Position numbers and translations under genes: made by a program
Shown: positions 11,501 through 23,500 of the stretch, piece by piece
How positions within the stretch are numbered: position 1 is the first letter of the stretch
Layout of the letters: each line of letters begins with the position of its first letter
Assembly (NCBI GenBank): GCA_051294905.1
Contig: CM119374.1
Span: 14,880,001 to 14,944,000, forward strand
Reading direction: 5' to 3'
DNA length: 64,000 bases
Source of the DNA: Botryllus schlosseri
Taxonomy: Eukaryota
The notes under the pieces: generated by a model
The model's input: only the letters and a program-made list of their open reading frames with translations
Told to the model about the DNA's origin: nothing
Database searches by the model: none

Positions 11501-14500
11501 ATTGCTCCAATCTAACGAATAAAATGAACTGTTGGAATGTGCTCGAGTAGTGTAGAATGACATATCTTGGATTCGTATATGACAGTAGCCCGTGGTGATT
11601 TTGCAGATCACATATTCAATTGCTGTGATTACTGCAAAAGGCTGTTTAAATACCATATATTTTCCAGCCAGGTTTAGACACTGACGTTACTGTCTTGTGG
11701 CTGTGTTGGTTTAATTGATAAAAGACAACAGATACATATCAATAAACACAAATATATCAATGTATAACATTGACTCGGTGATTTTTGTTTCATTTTTTAA
11801 ATTTTGATATAGCCCACATGGTCTCGTTTATATGCTCACCAACTCTAGTTAAGCTTGGCACGATAAAAAGCACTGATATTTGGTTAACAGGAATTTGGGT
11901 TTATGGGGATGGGTATATTGCGTGGTGATGTTTGAGTAGTGGTCATAAAAGTATATCCTTTGCAAATTACTCCTGCTAAGGAAGCGATAATTTTTGTTTC
12001 TGGTGTTGAGTTACAGAAGCGCTCGTCAAGATCGAGTACCCTAGTGATCTGATTCCTAATTGATTATTAGGCTCTGATTGGAGTATTCTGATAATACTAC
12101 TCTTCCCCTTAGCCTCACCAGAATAGAGTTTGAAAATTAGACTACATCTTTTAATTATGCAACCTCAAAGCAAATAATGTATTTTTTAAACACCACTTGC
12201 GCCACTTGTGGCAGCAGTCAAGAACGCAGCCCACGACACGCTCGGTGAGGCACAAAGCAATTCACGGCCAAAATTAGCCTGGGAGTCCGACCCAGTGGTG
12301 CTCACTGCACGCCAGAACCTCAAGACTCTCAGACGTGCCGCGTACACCTCTGGAACACTGGACGCACATAGCGATGCTAACGAGGCCGCTCTGCACTTGA
12401 CTAACGTTTACAACGCTGCTCGCAAGGAACGAGTCGAAGCTATTGCTCTTTCCGGGGAAAACGAGTTTGAAGCAGGCCGGTCAAGAGCAGCCTGGAAAGC
12501 CATCGGTGAACTAGTTGGCTCCAAGAGGACCCGCGTGAAGGCCTGTATGCAAGACCTCGCATCACACTTCGAGACCCTCTTATCTACACCTGCACCGGAC
12601 ATCGATGTGCTCGTTGCACCGCCTTCATTAGCAGCAATTCCTCTCTCGATCAATACAAACCTGATCACGCTAGCTGAGCTCAGGATGGCCATGCGTGATG
12701 TACCACAATTCAAGGCCACCGGTACGGACGGCATCCCAACGGCTGCGTACACCTCGGGCGTTGCACCTTTTCTCCTCGACGTTATGAACGGTGTCCTTGA
12801 AGGCGGCCCGGTGCCGCCCGAGTGGCTCGAGAGCGAAATCGTGCCTATATACAAGAAAGGCGCTGCGAGTGACCCAGCGAATTACAGAGGCATCTCCCTC
12901 ATGCAGACCGCGGCCAAGCTGTTCGACCGAGTACTGCTCCTTCGCATACGTGAGCAAGTATCTACCAAGCTCCTGAATGTCCAGAATGGATTTCGACCAT
13001 CCCGCGGTACAACAGAGCATATCCTGGCACTGCGCACAATCATTGACACCTGCCGCTCACACAAAAAGAATGTTGTGGCTGTCTTTGTTGACTTTGCTAA
13101 AGCCTTCGACTCGGTCTCGCGCCAAGCCATGGCGAAGATCCTCGGATTCTATGGAATTCCTGAGGTGATAAGGTACGCCATTATGGCCCTCTACATTGAC
13201 ACACGAGCGCGAGTCCGAACAGACGACGGTCCAAGCGGAGATTTTACCACTTCGGCTGGAGTGCTTCAAGGTGACACCTTGGCACCATTCTTGTTCGTGA
13301 TAATCCTTGACTTCGTGCTACGAACGGCCTTCCCGGACAACTCGGACTTCTTTGAATGGCGGCCACGGCAAGGAACGCGTACGCGTACGACTCGCGAGGC
13401 TATCCACGTAGGTATTCTTGCCTACGCAGACGACCTCGCCTTGCTTGCCCCGAATACCGCGTCGGCACAGCGCCTCATCAACCAACTAGAGGCCGCCGCC
13501 GCTCTTATTGGCCTCCAGATCAATGCCAAGAAGACTGAGGTTCTGGCCATACCAGCTCTGCCGGAGAACGCGACACCAATTCAACTGGGAGAAGTCAGGC
13601 TCAAGAATGTCAAGAGTTTTATATACCTCGGTATTGACGTCGCAGACTCTGGAAAAGCACTGAAGGCGAGGCGAGCAAAGGCCTGGGGCGCGGCAAGGCG
13701 GCTACATTGCCTCTTCCACTCAAGTGCCTCACCCCAACTCAAGACCCGCATTTTCCGTGCCACTGTCGAGCAGGTTCTTCTTTACGGAATAGAAGCACTC
13801 ACGCTGACAGAAAAGCTGGCTAAGACACTCAACGCCAACTACGATGCACTCCTCCGCTACGCACTCGGCATCCACCACCCGGAGCACATATCCACCAATG
13901 CTCTGCGCAAACTCACAAAAACGGTCCCATGCTGTTTGCTGGCTGCTGAACGACGCTTACGCTTAATCGGTCACCTAGTGCGGCATCAAGAAGATCAACC
14001 AGCCGCCGCCATCATCAACCACATTCCGACGGAGCCATGGCGCAGAGGTGGCTGGAATAGAACCACATGGCGCTCAACAATAGAGACCGAGCTAGCGCAA
14101 CGCGGGCTATCACTCGAAGACGCCCACGACCGCCCACGCTGGAGGCGCTTAATAAGGGCCCAAAACTGATTATTTTGATGCTCCTTTGTTTCCTGTTTTC
14201 TTTTGCCCTTTTATTTAATTGAAAGCCGATATATATATATATTAAACACAATAGAAGTAATTTGGTATTTTTCCATCATATCTATTTTATTGCGGCCTGA
14301 TCATTACTTCACAGAGATGCAATTTCCAGCTTTCTGCTACATGTTTTAGATCAGGGGTTCTCAACCCGCGGCCCGCAGACGCTTATTTTGCGGCCCGCGA
14401 CATCTTTCACTATGAACGCAATTACTACTGGCACAGTATTGTTACATATTAATATAGATAATTAGCACACTTATCGCACCGTCTCTGTTTCGTTTGATTA

Positions 14501-17500
14501 TACTGATTTTTTTTTGTGTTCTGGTTTCTTGATATATAGTCGAGTTTAGATTCTTATTGTTTTGAATCGGTATTCGTACAGTTCCATCTGGAGTTATACA
14601 TGTCGCCTGATCATAGAAAAAACCGTTGCTAGCTAGGTGTCAAGCCCAGCAATCCATATTTTGAGGCATTGGTAAAATTTCCGACTACGTTACAGACGCA
14701 TGGTTCAAAATTGCTTGGAATATCGCTAAACCCAAGAAATCTGCTAGAAAAGGTGTGTTTTCAACAAAACTTTACTATACTGTGTCAATCTTTGCTGTTT
14801 CCGGAATTTAGCAGCAAGGAACACGTCACCTTACAAATTTCGAAGCTACATTTGTCTGATTCAACCGTGACGAGAAGAGAAAAAGCAATGTCAGTCGATC
14901 TTTTGTGGCATATTCTGAAACACGTTGCTGCGTAGACTACTTTAGCCTAGCATTGTACGAATCCACGGACATTGCAACGCTAATTAAATGGGAGTATTTT
15001 GTCGGAGTGGACATATTTGTAAAGGTAATGCTGGCCGGGCAAACGTGGGGAGAGGGGACCAGCAAAAAACATCAACTTGACAAAGCTGACTTTTGTCCCT
15101 ATTGGTGCAGGGCTCCAGCCATGGGAGGAAAGAAGGGTTGATTGGTTTGGTCAGAAATTACCCCGAACATTAAACTTCTACTCATATCACTGAGAGCTCA
15201 AAGTGACAATGGCCTCTCTAACGAAAAAGTTACCGTAATTTTATACTTGCTCGCTCACGCATTGAAACAGACAGTTGAGTTCTCTCTGATGCAAGGGTTT
15301 GAAGCTGCATATACCGACTTGGGAACGATTGCAATGCACGCTCGATGAAGAGATTTACTTGTGCCGCCGGAAGATGAGACAATCTCACTAGAGACAGCAA
15401 CTGAAAACTTATGGACGTTGTCCATCAATGCTGTAGAATGCATAAAAATGCACTAAATAACCATATACGACTGGTCAATAGGCTACATAAGCCTAAATTT
15501 AATAGTAGTCCACAAATACACGGTAATAATGTTCTGCGGCCCGCAGAGGTTTTTGCTGTTAAAATGCGGCCCGTTATACAAGGAAAGTTGAGAACCCCTG
15601 TTTTAGATGCTGAGATATGATCAATCGATGTTTCAAGGCCTGAAAGAAAGTATCAAAACTAAAATTATCGTTGATAACAAAACTCATACAAGCGAGGGCG
15701 GTATAATTTCAGTATTGAAAGAATTAATCTCTCTCTATTCAACTCAAATCATTACAATTAATACACGATTCGGATTGAGTACGCGAATCATTGTACCCAG
15801 CCCAGTTATAAGTCTATTGCACCTACCGATACATTGTTTTTCAATCACACATTCCGGCCTCAATGAAGGTTTAGTAAAGTCACCTTCACCATATTGCAGG
15901 TGTCTACAAAAAGGAAGGAAAATTTGATGTTTACATTGATAGCAAGGAAGTCAAGGAGTTCTATGCAGTAAGTCAAGTGCTGATGATGAATATTATTTTA
16001 TTAAACAGTAGGCTGAAGATGTACTGATGGATGCCCTTCCTACAACAACTCTATCCATTTACCCGGGCTCAGGATTGGCACCGGAATGGATTTTGGTTGT
16101 CATGTGCTGGGTTTTAAGGTGCAGCAGCGATACAAAACCACTGAGCTGTGGTGGCCTAACACTATATAGGGAGAAGCCTTGTTATATTAACATGGTAACA
16201 TAAATACCAGGCATCTATCTGCTGCTGAATATTTTGCATATTCTATTTAGGAACAGAATAAACTAAAAAATTACTGTTATTGTTATGTTTCTCCATTAAC
16301 AAACAACGATGGATTATTGTGCTTAATAAGCATGTATCAAAAATATGTTTTTTGGAATTTCATGAGACAAATCTGTTTGCATCCATATGTGTGGGCTGAT
16401 TAAATTTGTAGTCACAAAACCCTACCCCCACGATGTCATTGCAACGAAAACCGGTATAATTTGTGATTGCGTAGTTGCTAGTCGCCCTTAATACCTTGAT
16501 TTTTTCTCTATAGCATTATAACATCAATTTCTTCCTGTATCCGTAATGACCTAGACTTTTCCTACCAAGAAGTGTAATGAAAGCTGTATTACTGAAAGAG
16601 GGCCTGAAAGCATGATAGCACGTACTGATGCCGTAGTTAATAAGTCAATTGTTCCAGTAATTGCGCTTCTAATTGTTCTCTGAGGAACTTGATTCATGAT
16701 CTTATACTTTGCCTTCATTCAGGATCGGCCTGCATACTCCTGTTATGCCTTTTGGAGAAGGTAGAGTTTATGTATCTTGCGTTTTGTTCCAGGCAACAGA
16801 TTCTGACAATACCTTGACAGTCGGCGCTAATGTTTCTCTAAATGATTTGATTGAGTCCTGTCAAACTCACTCTGAAGATTCGGAGATTTTTCCAGTTATG
16901 GCGAAACATATCAAGAAGGTAGCCAATACGCCAGTGAGAAATGTAAGTACACGCTATGATGCGATACAAATTCTGGGACAAGCCTTTATTTATTCCTGTC
17001 GAGTAACTATTCTCAGGTTGCATCTTGGACCGGGAATATAATGATTAAGAAGTTACATCCCGAATTTCCGTCTGACATTTTCACACTTTTTGCTGCTTTC
17101 AACGTCAAAATCGTTGTCTATGATTGCGTTACGGAAGAACAAGCTGATTATAGCCTGACTGGTGACAATAACTTCATGGATTTGGATTTGACCGGAAAGG
17201 TAATATTGCAGGGGTGTTCAGTCGGTGTTCGACAGATGCGGTCAAATTGGTGAAATTTTAATCGAACACATAATTTAAGTACTGGGAACTGACTGGTCAA
17301 AGCTACTTCGAGTAGCAATGAATACCACATAGATGGATAATTGAAGGAGTGAATACAGTTGCAAAGTAATTTAAAGTGAATTGTCATGAGTTATCTCTAT
17401 CAAATGTCTACTGGTACATTTAAAATTGTGAGGTGTGTCATTTTTGCTGATGCAGAATGCCTTAAAGTGGTAGTAGCATAACCTATATTGGTCATTATCA

Positions 17501-20500
17501 CCGGTTCAGGTAACCGGTAATTTCTTAGTACCAAGATAAAAGCATTGAATTCAAGTTAAGTCTAGACGAGGCCTGAAACTAAAAATGTATGTTTGTGAAG
17601 AAACTTCTTTAGATTGAAGTTGTGTGATGGTTTACATCAGGGGTGTCAAACATACGACCCGCGGGCCGCATCCGGCCCGCCACACCATTTCATCCGGCCG
17701 GCGAGGTCATTCTGAGTAAATTGAAAAATTCTTGTATTATACAGTACATTTCTAATGGAATTAAATGTCGAACATGTTTATCGGCCACACTATTACCATC
17801 TGTCGACAGTGTTGATTTCTAACTCAAGTAACCTAACTATAAGGAGCAGGGCGTTGACATTGACACTGCATAATGGGAAAGCATAAAAATTGCCCATTCT
17901 GTTCAGAGTTTTCTGGGAAAGAGGAACAAATAATACGTATTCACAGAGGCGGAAACGACAATGAAACCGCTTCCATTAGAAATGTGCTGTATAATACAAT
18001 AATTTTTCAATTTACTCAGAATATATGAATATTAGACATGAATATTATAATAGCTACATGAAGAAAAGAATTCAAATATCTCTGGTCGCACTGCTGGTAA
18101 CATTACTCTGACACCGGTCTCCAAGAGAAATCGAATAGTGAATTGGTCATTTAAAAATGATGAACAATATTCCAGTGGCCTCGTTTACAATCTCTTATAT
18201 TCCTCACAACGAATACGCAGGGCGCATCACGACGCATCACGATTACAGCAAGACAATATTGAAATCTTCCAAGTTATATCTTCGTTAGATACTCTGTTTT
18301 AGTGGTTTACAACTGAATTCAATCGTCCAATCATCGCATATTGTCAATTCCATTGTTTGCGAATAACGGTGTGGCTAGAATAGGGCCCATATGATCCGTG
18401 ATATAATATATCATAGTATTTTGCCTGGCGGTTGATAATACAGCATTCCAGTGAAAAACAAAGGTATGTATTGGACTTTGGAGGTAACATTTTGGGTCAT
18501 TTGACTATGGTCCGGCCCTTGAGCGATCTAAACATTTGAATCCGGCCCGCGACCCGAGTTGAGTTTGACACCCCTGGTTTACATAAAATATGAAATCTAA
18601 ATAAGCTATTTGAAGAACTCCAATTTTAATACTCAAATTCTAATACTCCGATCCACAACCCAGGCCATTGATGTCCATCTGTAAATGCTGTAAAATTGTA
18701 CTGTCCTCATTGAATGTAGTTCTCCTTTTCAGGCTAAAACCACTGTGCTTGAAATTTGTTATAATAAAACTTGGAATTTACCAATCCAATTCATTTCAAA
18801 AGGTAGTTTAAAATGATGCATAATTGCATAAGGGGCATATTCTTACAACAATCAGTTGGGGTACAGATGTTAGGAGGGAGTGGCGCAGCTGGTTAAACAC
18901 TGCAGTCTTGATACCAATGGAAGTGGTATAGTATCCCGGTCCTGGCTATCTTCTATGTGTCGGACGTTTCTCTGGTCTCCTCATCGCGGATCTCGCAACT
19001 ACCCTTGTCCTTTCCAAGTAGAGACTTATTAAGAAAGTGATTGGAGTAGGCTGACTCTGGATCTCCCTTCTCAACTGGTACGAAACAAGACGAACAAGTG
19101 GACGAATATCTTATTAGAATACCGTTGAAAAATTGCGGGTAATATCCTGGTAAGACCCAATACTTCAGTAAATAAACAATAAATGGGCTCAACAACAACA
19201 ACAAAACGAAGCTGGCTGCTTTCACCACGTCGCTTACGAAAATGAACGCACGTGCGCTCTAAAGCAGTTTAAGTGGCGAGTGAGCCATGAAGAAAATTAT
19301 ATCCACCATGACAACCGTAGTGCATTGAAAAGTCCACACCTAAACTGTGCCGTGCACTTAAGAATGACTGCTCAGATCTGACCTTATAAGATTAATGTAG
19401 GCCTTGTAATGTTTTTTTTTGCAATGTTACAAATTGCCATATATATCACTGTCATTATTGAATTATGCACAGTGCTTCAGAATGAGTGATCATGTTACAT
19501 CAACCCGGTAACGTTTTCATGACTACTGACATCAGTTGCAGCCTGTTACTGGCTAATACTAATGTTCTTCTTAGGTGATTTTGGCTTGCAAGATTCCCAA
19601 AGTCACCCCGTCAAAAGACCGCAAGTTCAAGGCGTTGAGCTACAAAATTATGCCACGGTCACAGGTGAGTCTTATTCCGACTGACTCTTTTTGAAATCTT
19701 CTACTGGGATGTATCTTCATTGTGTGACAGCATTATGTAATTTAGTGGTACCGGTAGTGCATTTTCATGCTGATATATGTAGAAAATCGTTTATTGGCGA
19801 TATCTTCATTCAAACTCCACCATAGGCCCGTGTTAATATCAATGCCTCTTGAGGCATACCTGGTACACAATTTTTGGTCATGTCGGTGTGACAAAATTGG
19901 TCACCTTAAATACTATTATTTCAAAAATGACCGAAATTTCAATTTGACTGACCCCAGCTTCTACTGGTTGGCATTGAGTCAAATTTGATATGCAAAGTTT
20001 TTTTAGGTAACCTGACGATTTGACAACTAACCCAATGAAATTTGAAAAAAAAAAGTTTTTTTGAACACCCCTAATTGCAGTCTTCATTAGCGGTTCTTAG
20101 ACTTGCGCTCTATTGCTGTTCGTGTTTAGTAGCCACATTTAGTTTTCTAGCAGAGATGCGACTTAGAAGATGGTATCATCAAATTTCAATATCTTGTTCC
20201 CTTGATGACTCTATATCAGGGGTGGGCAACCTGCGGCCGTGGAGGCATAATTGTGCAGCCGTGAGCGCGCGATGTAAAATGCATGTTCTGGCGGCCGTGT
20301 GTTGATGGATGATATGTTAAATGTATGATAAAACTTATTACGACGATGGAGGGTAAAGTTAAATCAGTGTGTTAAACTCTTTCACTGCATAACCTACTCT
20401 GTGACTACGTGTCCAGCTGCTTCAAGCGACATAATATGATACTGCAACCAACCGACTAAAAGGCGGACCTACGGGGCTCGTTCACTTTCGGACCAAACTC

Positions 20501-23500
20501 ACCACAGCCTTACGGAGAAAATGTGTTTTGGGTCCGAAAGTGCACGAGCCCCATCTTCGTCCCGGTTCGTCAATTTCAGATTTGCTTATGAGGCTTCTAG
20601 CGGTACGAACATGCGACTATCTCGTCCGTGTGCACCTTATCGAGAGTTGAGGGCACAGTAATGATTGCTAAATGTAGATCTGCTTTCCATCTGTCTGTAT
20701 TGGAGTCAATTATTATGAAATTGACCAATCCTCATGTATGTGGGCAGAAGGAGTTTCTATACAATATTAAAATTTTCCATTAACATAAACCGGTAATTGT
20801 ATGTGTAACGCCTTCAGTGAATTGGATAATTTTATTTCCATTCCTCTCTTGTCATGCGTACCGGCAAAGCTGACTTTGCCTAGTACCGTTTTATTATTGC
20901 ATGGTTACGCCACACTTTGCCAATTTCGGTTAAGTATGAGGACCAAGGACTAAGCTTAGTCAGTCTTGTTACGAAGTCCAAATGTGAGTGGCCTATTCGC
21001 GATACTGCGATAGGTTGAACTGTAGTAATAAAAGCCTTGGTAAGCGGATAACATTGTGTGGGTGTGGGTGTATTGAGCAAACGGAAAGAGAATACATTGA
21101 GACAAAACTTTTTCCTTGGCCCAATTACATTATAAAGTTAGTCTACATCGCATTATGTCCGTAAGACGAAAAAGAACAGTAACAGAGGAGAAGAGGGCAT
21201 TTAATATCAAATGGGAGTTGGATTATTTTATGGTAGAAGCGCCAGCCCATACTATGATGTGTCTAATATGCAATCAAGTGGTCAAAACTGTTAAAGGAGA
21301 TAATGCGAGGCAGCATTTTCGTCGTCATATGTCACACAAGTACGCAAAAATGGTAGGTGAGTCGAGGAAAAGTTGTCTCAAAAGTTTGAAGAAAAGTGTG
21401 CGACTCCAGACATCTTGCATATCAGCTTTCATTCAGTCGAAAAATAAGTTGTGTGAAGCGTCTTATACAGTCGCATATCATCTTGGTGCAGCGGGAAAGC
21501 CTTATTCAGACGGCGAACTCCATAAGCGATGTCTCATAGACGTTGTTAGGTGCATTCATCCTGGTAAGGAAACTGATTATTCTTCAGTTGCTCTCTCGCG
21601 TCGTACAATTCAGCGTAGGCAAGATGATATCGCCAAGCAGTTGACGATCTACCTACAGACAAAGGTTAACGAGGAAGCAACTTGTTTTTCACTGGCTATC
21701 GACGAATCGACCGACATTAAGGACTCTGCACAACTATTGATCTTCATTCGCTCTCTGTCTCCAAATTTTGAGTTCTGCGAAGATCTGCTCTCAATGGAAA
21801 CACTCTCCACCCGCACTCGTGGTGAAGACATATTTGGGGCTGTTAAGAATGCTTGCATTCGCAATGGATTACACTTGAAAAATCTTCGTGGTATTTGTAC
21901 AGATGAAGCACCTGCAATGCTAGGTAACACAAATGGCTTTGTGACAAGATTTTCAGAATTTGTGTCGAAAGAGTACGATAATAACCAGCTCACAAACCTT
22001 CATTGTATTATCCACCAAGAAGCCCCGAGTGTCAAATCTGTTGCCCTAAATGACACATTGAAAGACGTCAATCGTATCATCTTGAACATTCGTACAATTG
22101 GTCTTCATCATAGGCAATTTCAAGAACTTCTGCAAGAGCGCGAAACGTCGGCAGAAGACATTCTGTACCACGCCGCAGTTCATTGGTTGTCCCAAGGAGA
22201 CACATCTCGTCGTGTTCTACAGTTGCGAAAAGAAATACTGGAATATTTTTCCACAAAAAATAAAGACTGCCCCTTACAAAATGAGAGCTTTCTCATATAT
22301 TTGGCGTTTCTTGTGGATTTTCTGTCCCATGTTAATATTTTAAACCGAAGCCTGCAAGGAAAAGAAGCAACGATATGCACCATGTACAAAAAAGTATCGG
22401 ATTTTCGTGACAAATGTCGTCTCCTTAAACATCATATTCAGCAGCGTGATTTTTTCCATTTTACACAACTTAAGTCTCTCATCGACAGCTGCGAAATAAA
22501 GGTAGAAAAGATTCTGATCACTTTATTTTCGGGGGTTTTTGATACTATGTTGCAGGATTTTGCAGATCGTTTCAAAGATTTCCAAAAAATCTCACATACA
22601 TTACGACTTGTTGCCTTTCCTCACCTGGTGGAAACGGAAAGTGCTCCGCCACACCTTCAGATGGAGCTGTTGGAATTGAAGAATGATGAGCAGCTGGTGA
22701 CAAAGTTCAAGTGCGAGGAAAATTTGATTGACACGTGGAAAATAGCCCATGGATATCCACTTTTGCGAGAATTGGCTAGAGAAACTCTTGTTATTGTCGG
22801 AAGCACTTACGTGTGCGAGTCTGCCTTTTCGCAAATGAAATACCTGAAAAACGAGTACCGAACTCGCTTGCTGAACGGAAACCTAGAGTCGCAACTAAGA
22901 CTTATGGTGTCGCGTGAGGTTGCCAATTTTGCAAGTTTGTCTTCTCGTATGCAAGATCAAGGAAGTCACTGATTTCAATGTTAGAGACTTTCCTTAAATA
23001 AATTCGTTTCAAAATATGTTTGATATTTATTAGATATGATAAGATTAGTAGATATCAAGTTTTTAAACAAAGCTAAAATGTCTTCCGAGGGCAGCCAAAT
23101 TTCCTCGTTTTAAGCAATTACACCGTATTTATGCTTGTGGATTGCACTAAAGTTGCATGAAATGTGAATTTCGGCATTAGCGAGGGCAATGGGCATGGCT
23201 GACTTTATCAACCCAGATAACGTTGACTTGGAAACGGGTATTTTGGGATTCAAAACGGAAAAATGATATTTCTTTTAGTCAACTCACATATGGCGGCCGT
23301 ATGGCGTCGAAGTATTCGAAATGCGGCCGTGGACACCGAAAAAGTTGCCCACCTCTGCTCTATATGTTAAGAACTCATTAGAATACACAGTCGTCTTGAT
23401 GTCTTCATAATTGATTTTTTTTCAGAAATTGATAGTATAGCATAGTCTAAGGATTCAGTTCTGCACCAATTCAGTATTTTCTACAGATAGGCTAGACGCT

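Larger units (their letters stand above)
20217..23357 (+). mobile_element. Full-length hAT (Buster/Charlie/SPIN-like) DNA transposon, 3141 bp, in intron 10 of paralog A
   Basis: TIRs CAGGGGTGGGCAAC and GTTGCCCACCTCTG (13/14), perfect TSD CTCTATAT, GCGGCCGT subterminal repeats and an internal transposase ORF. Confidence 0.95.

Noticed and set aside
12408-13763. Several antisense or alternative-frame ORFs overlapping the RT ORF
   Set aside because: These are expected from high GC content (few stop codons) and contain no recognisable motifs.
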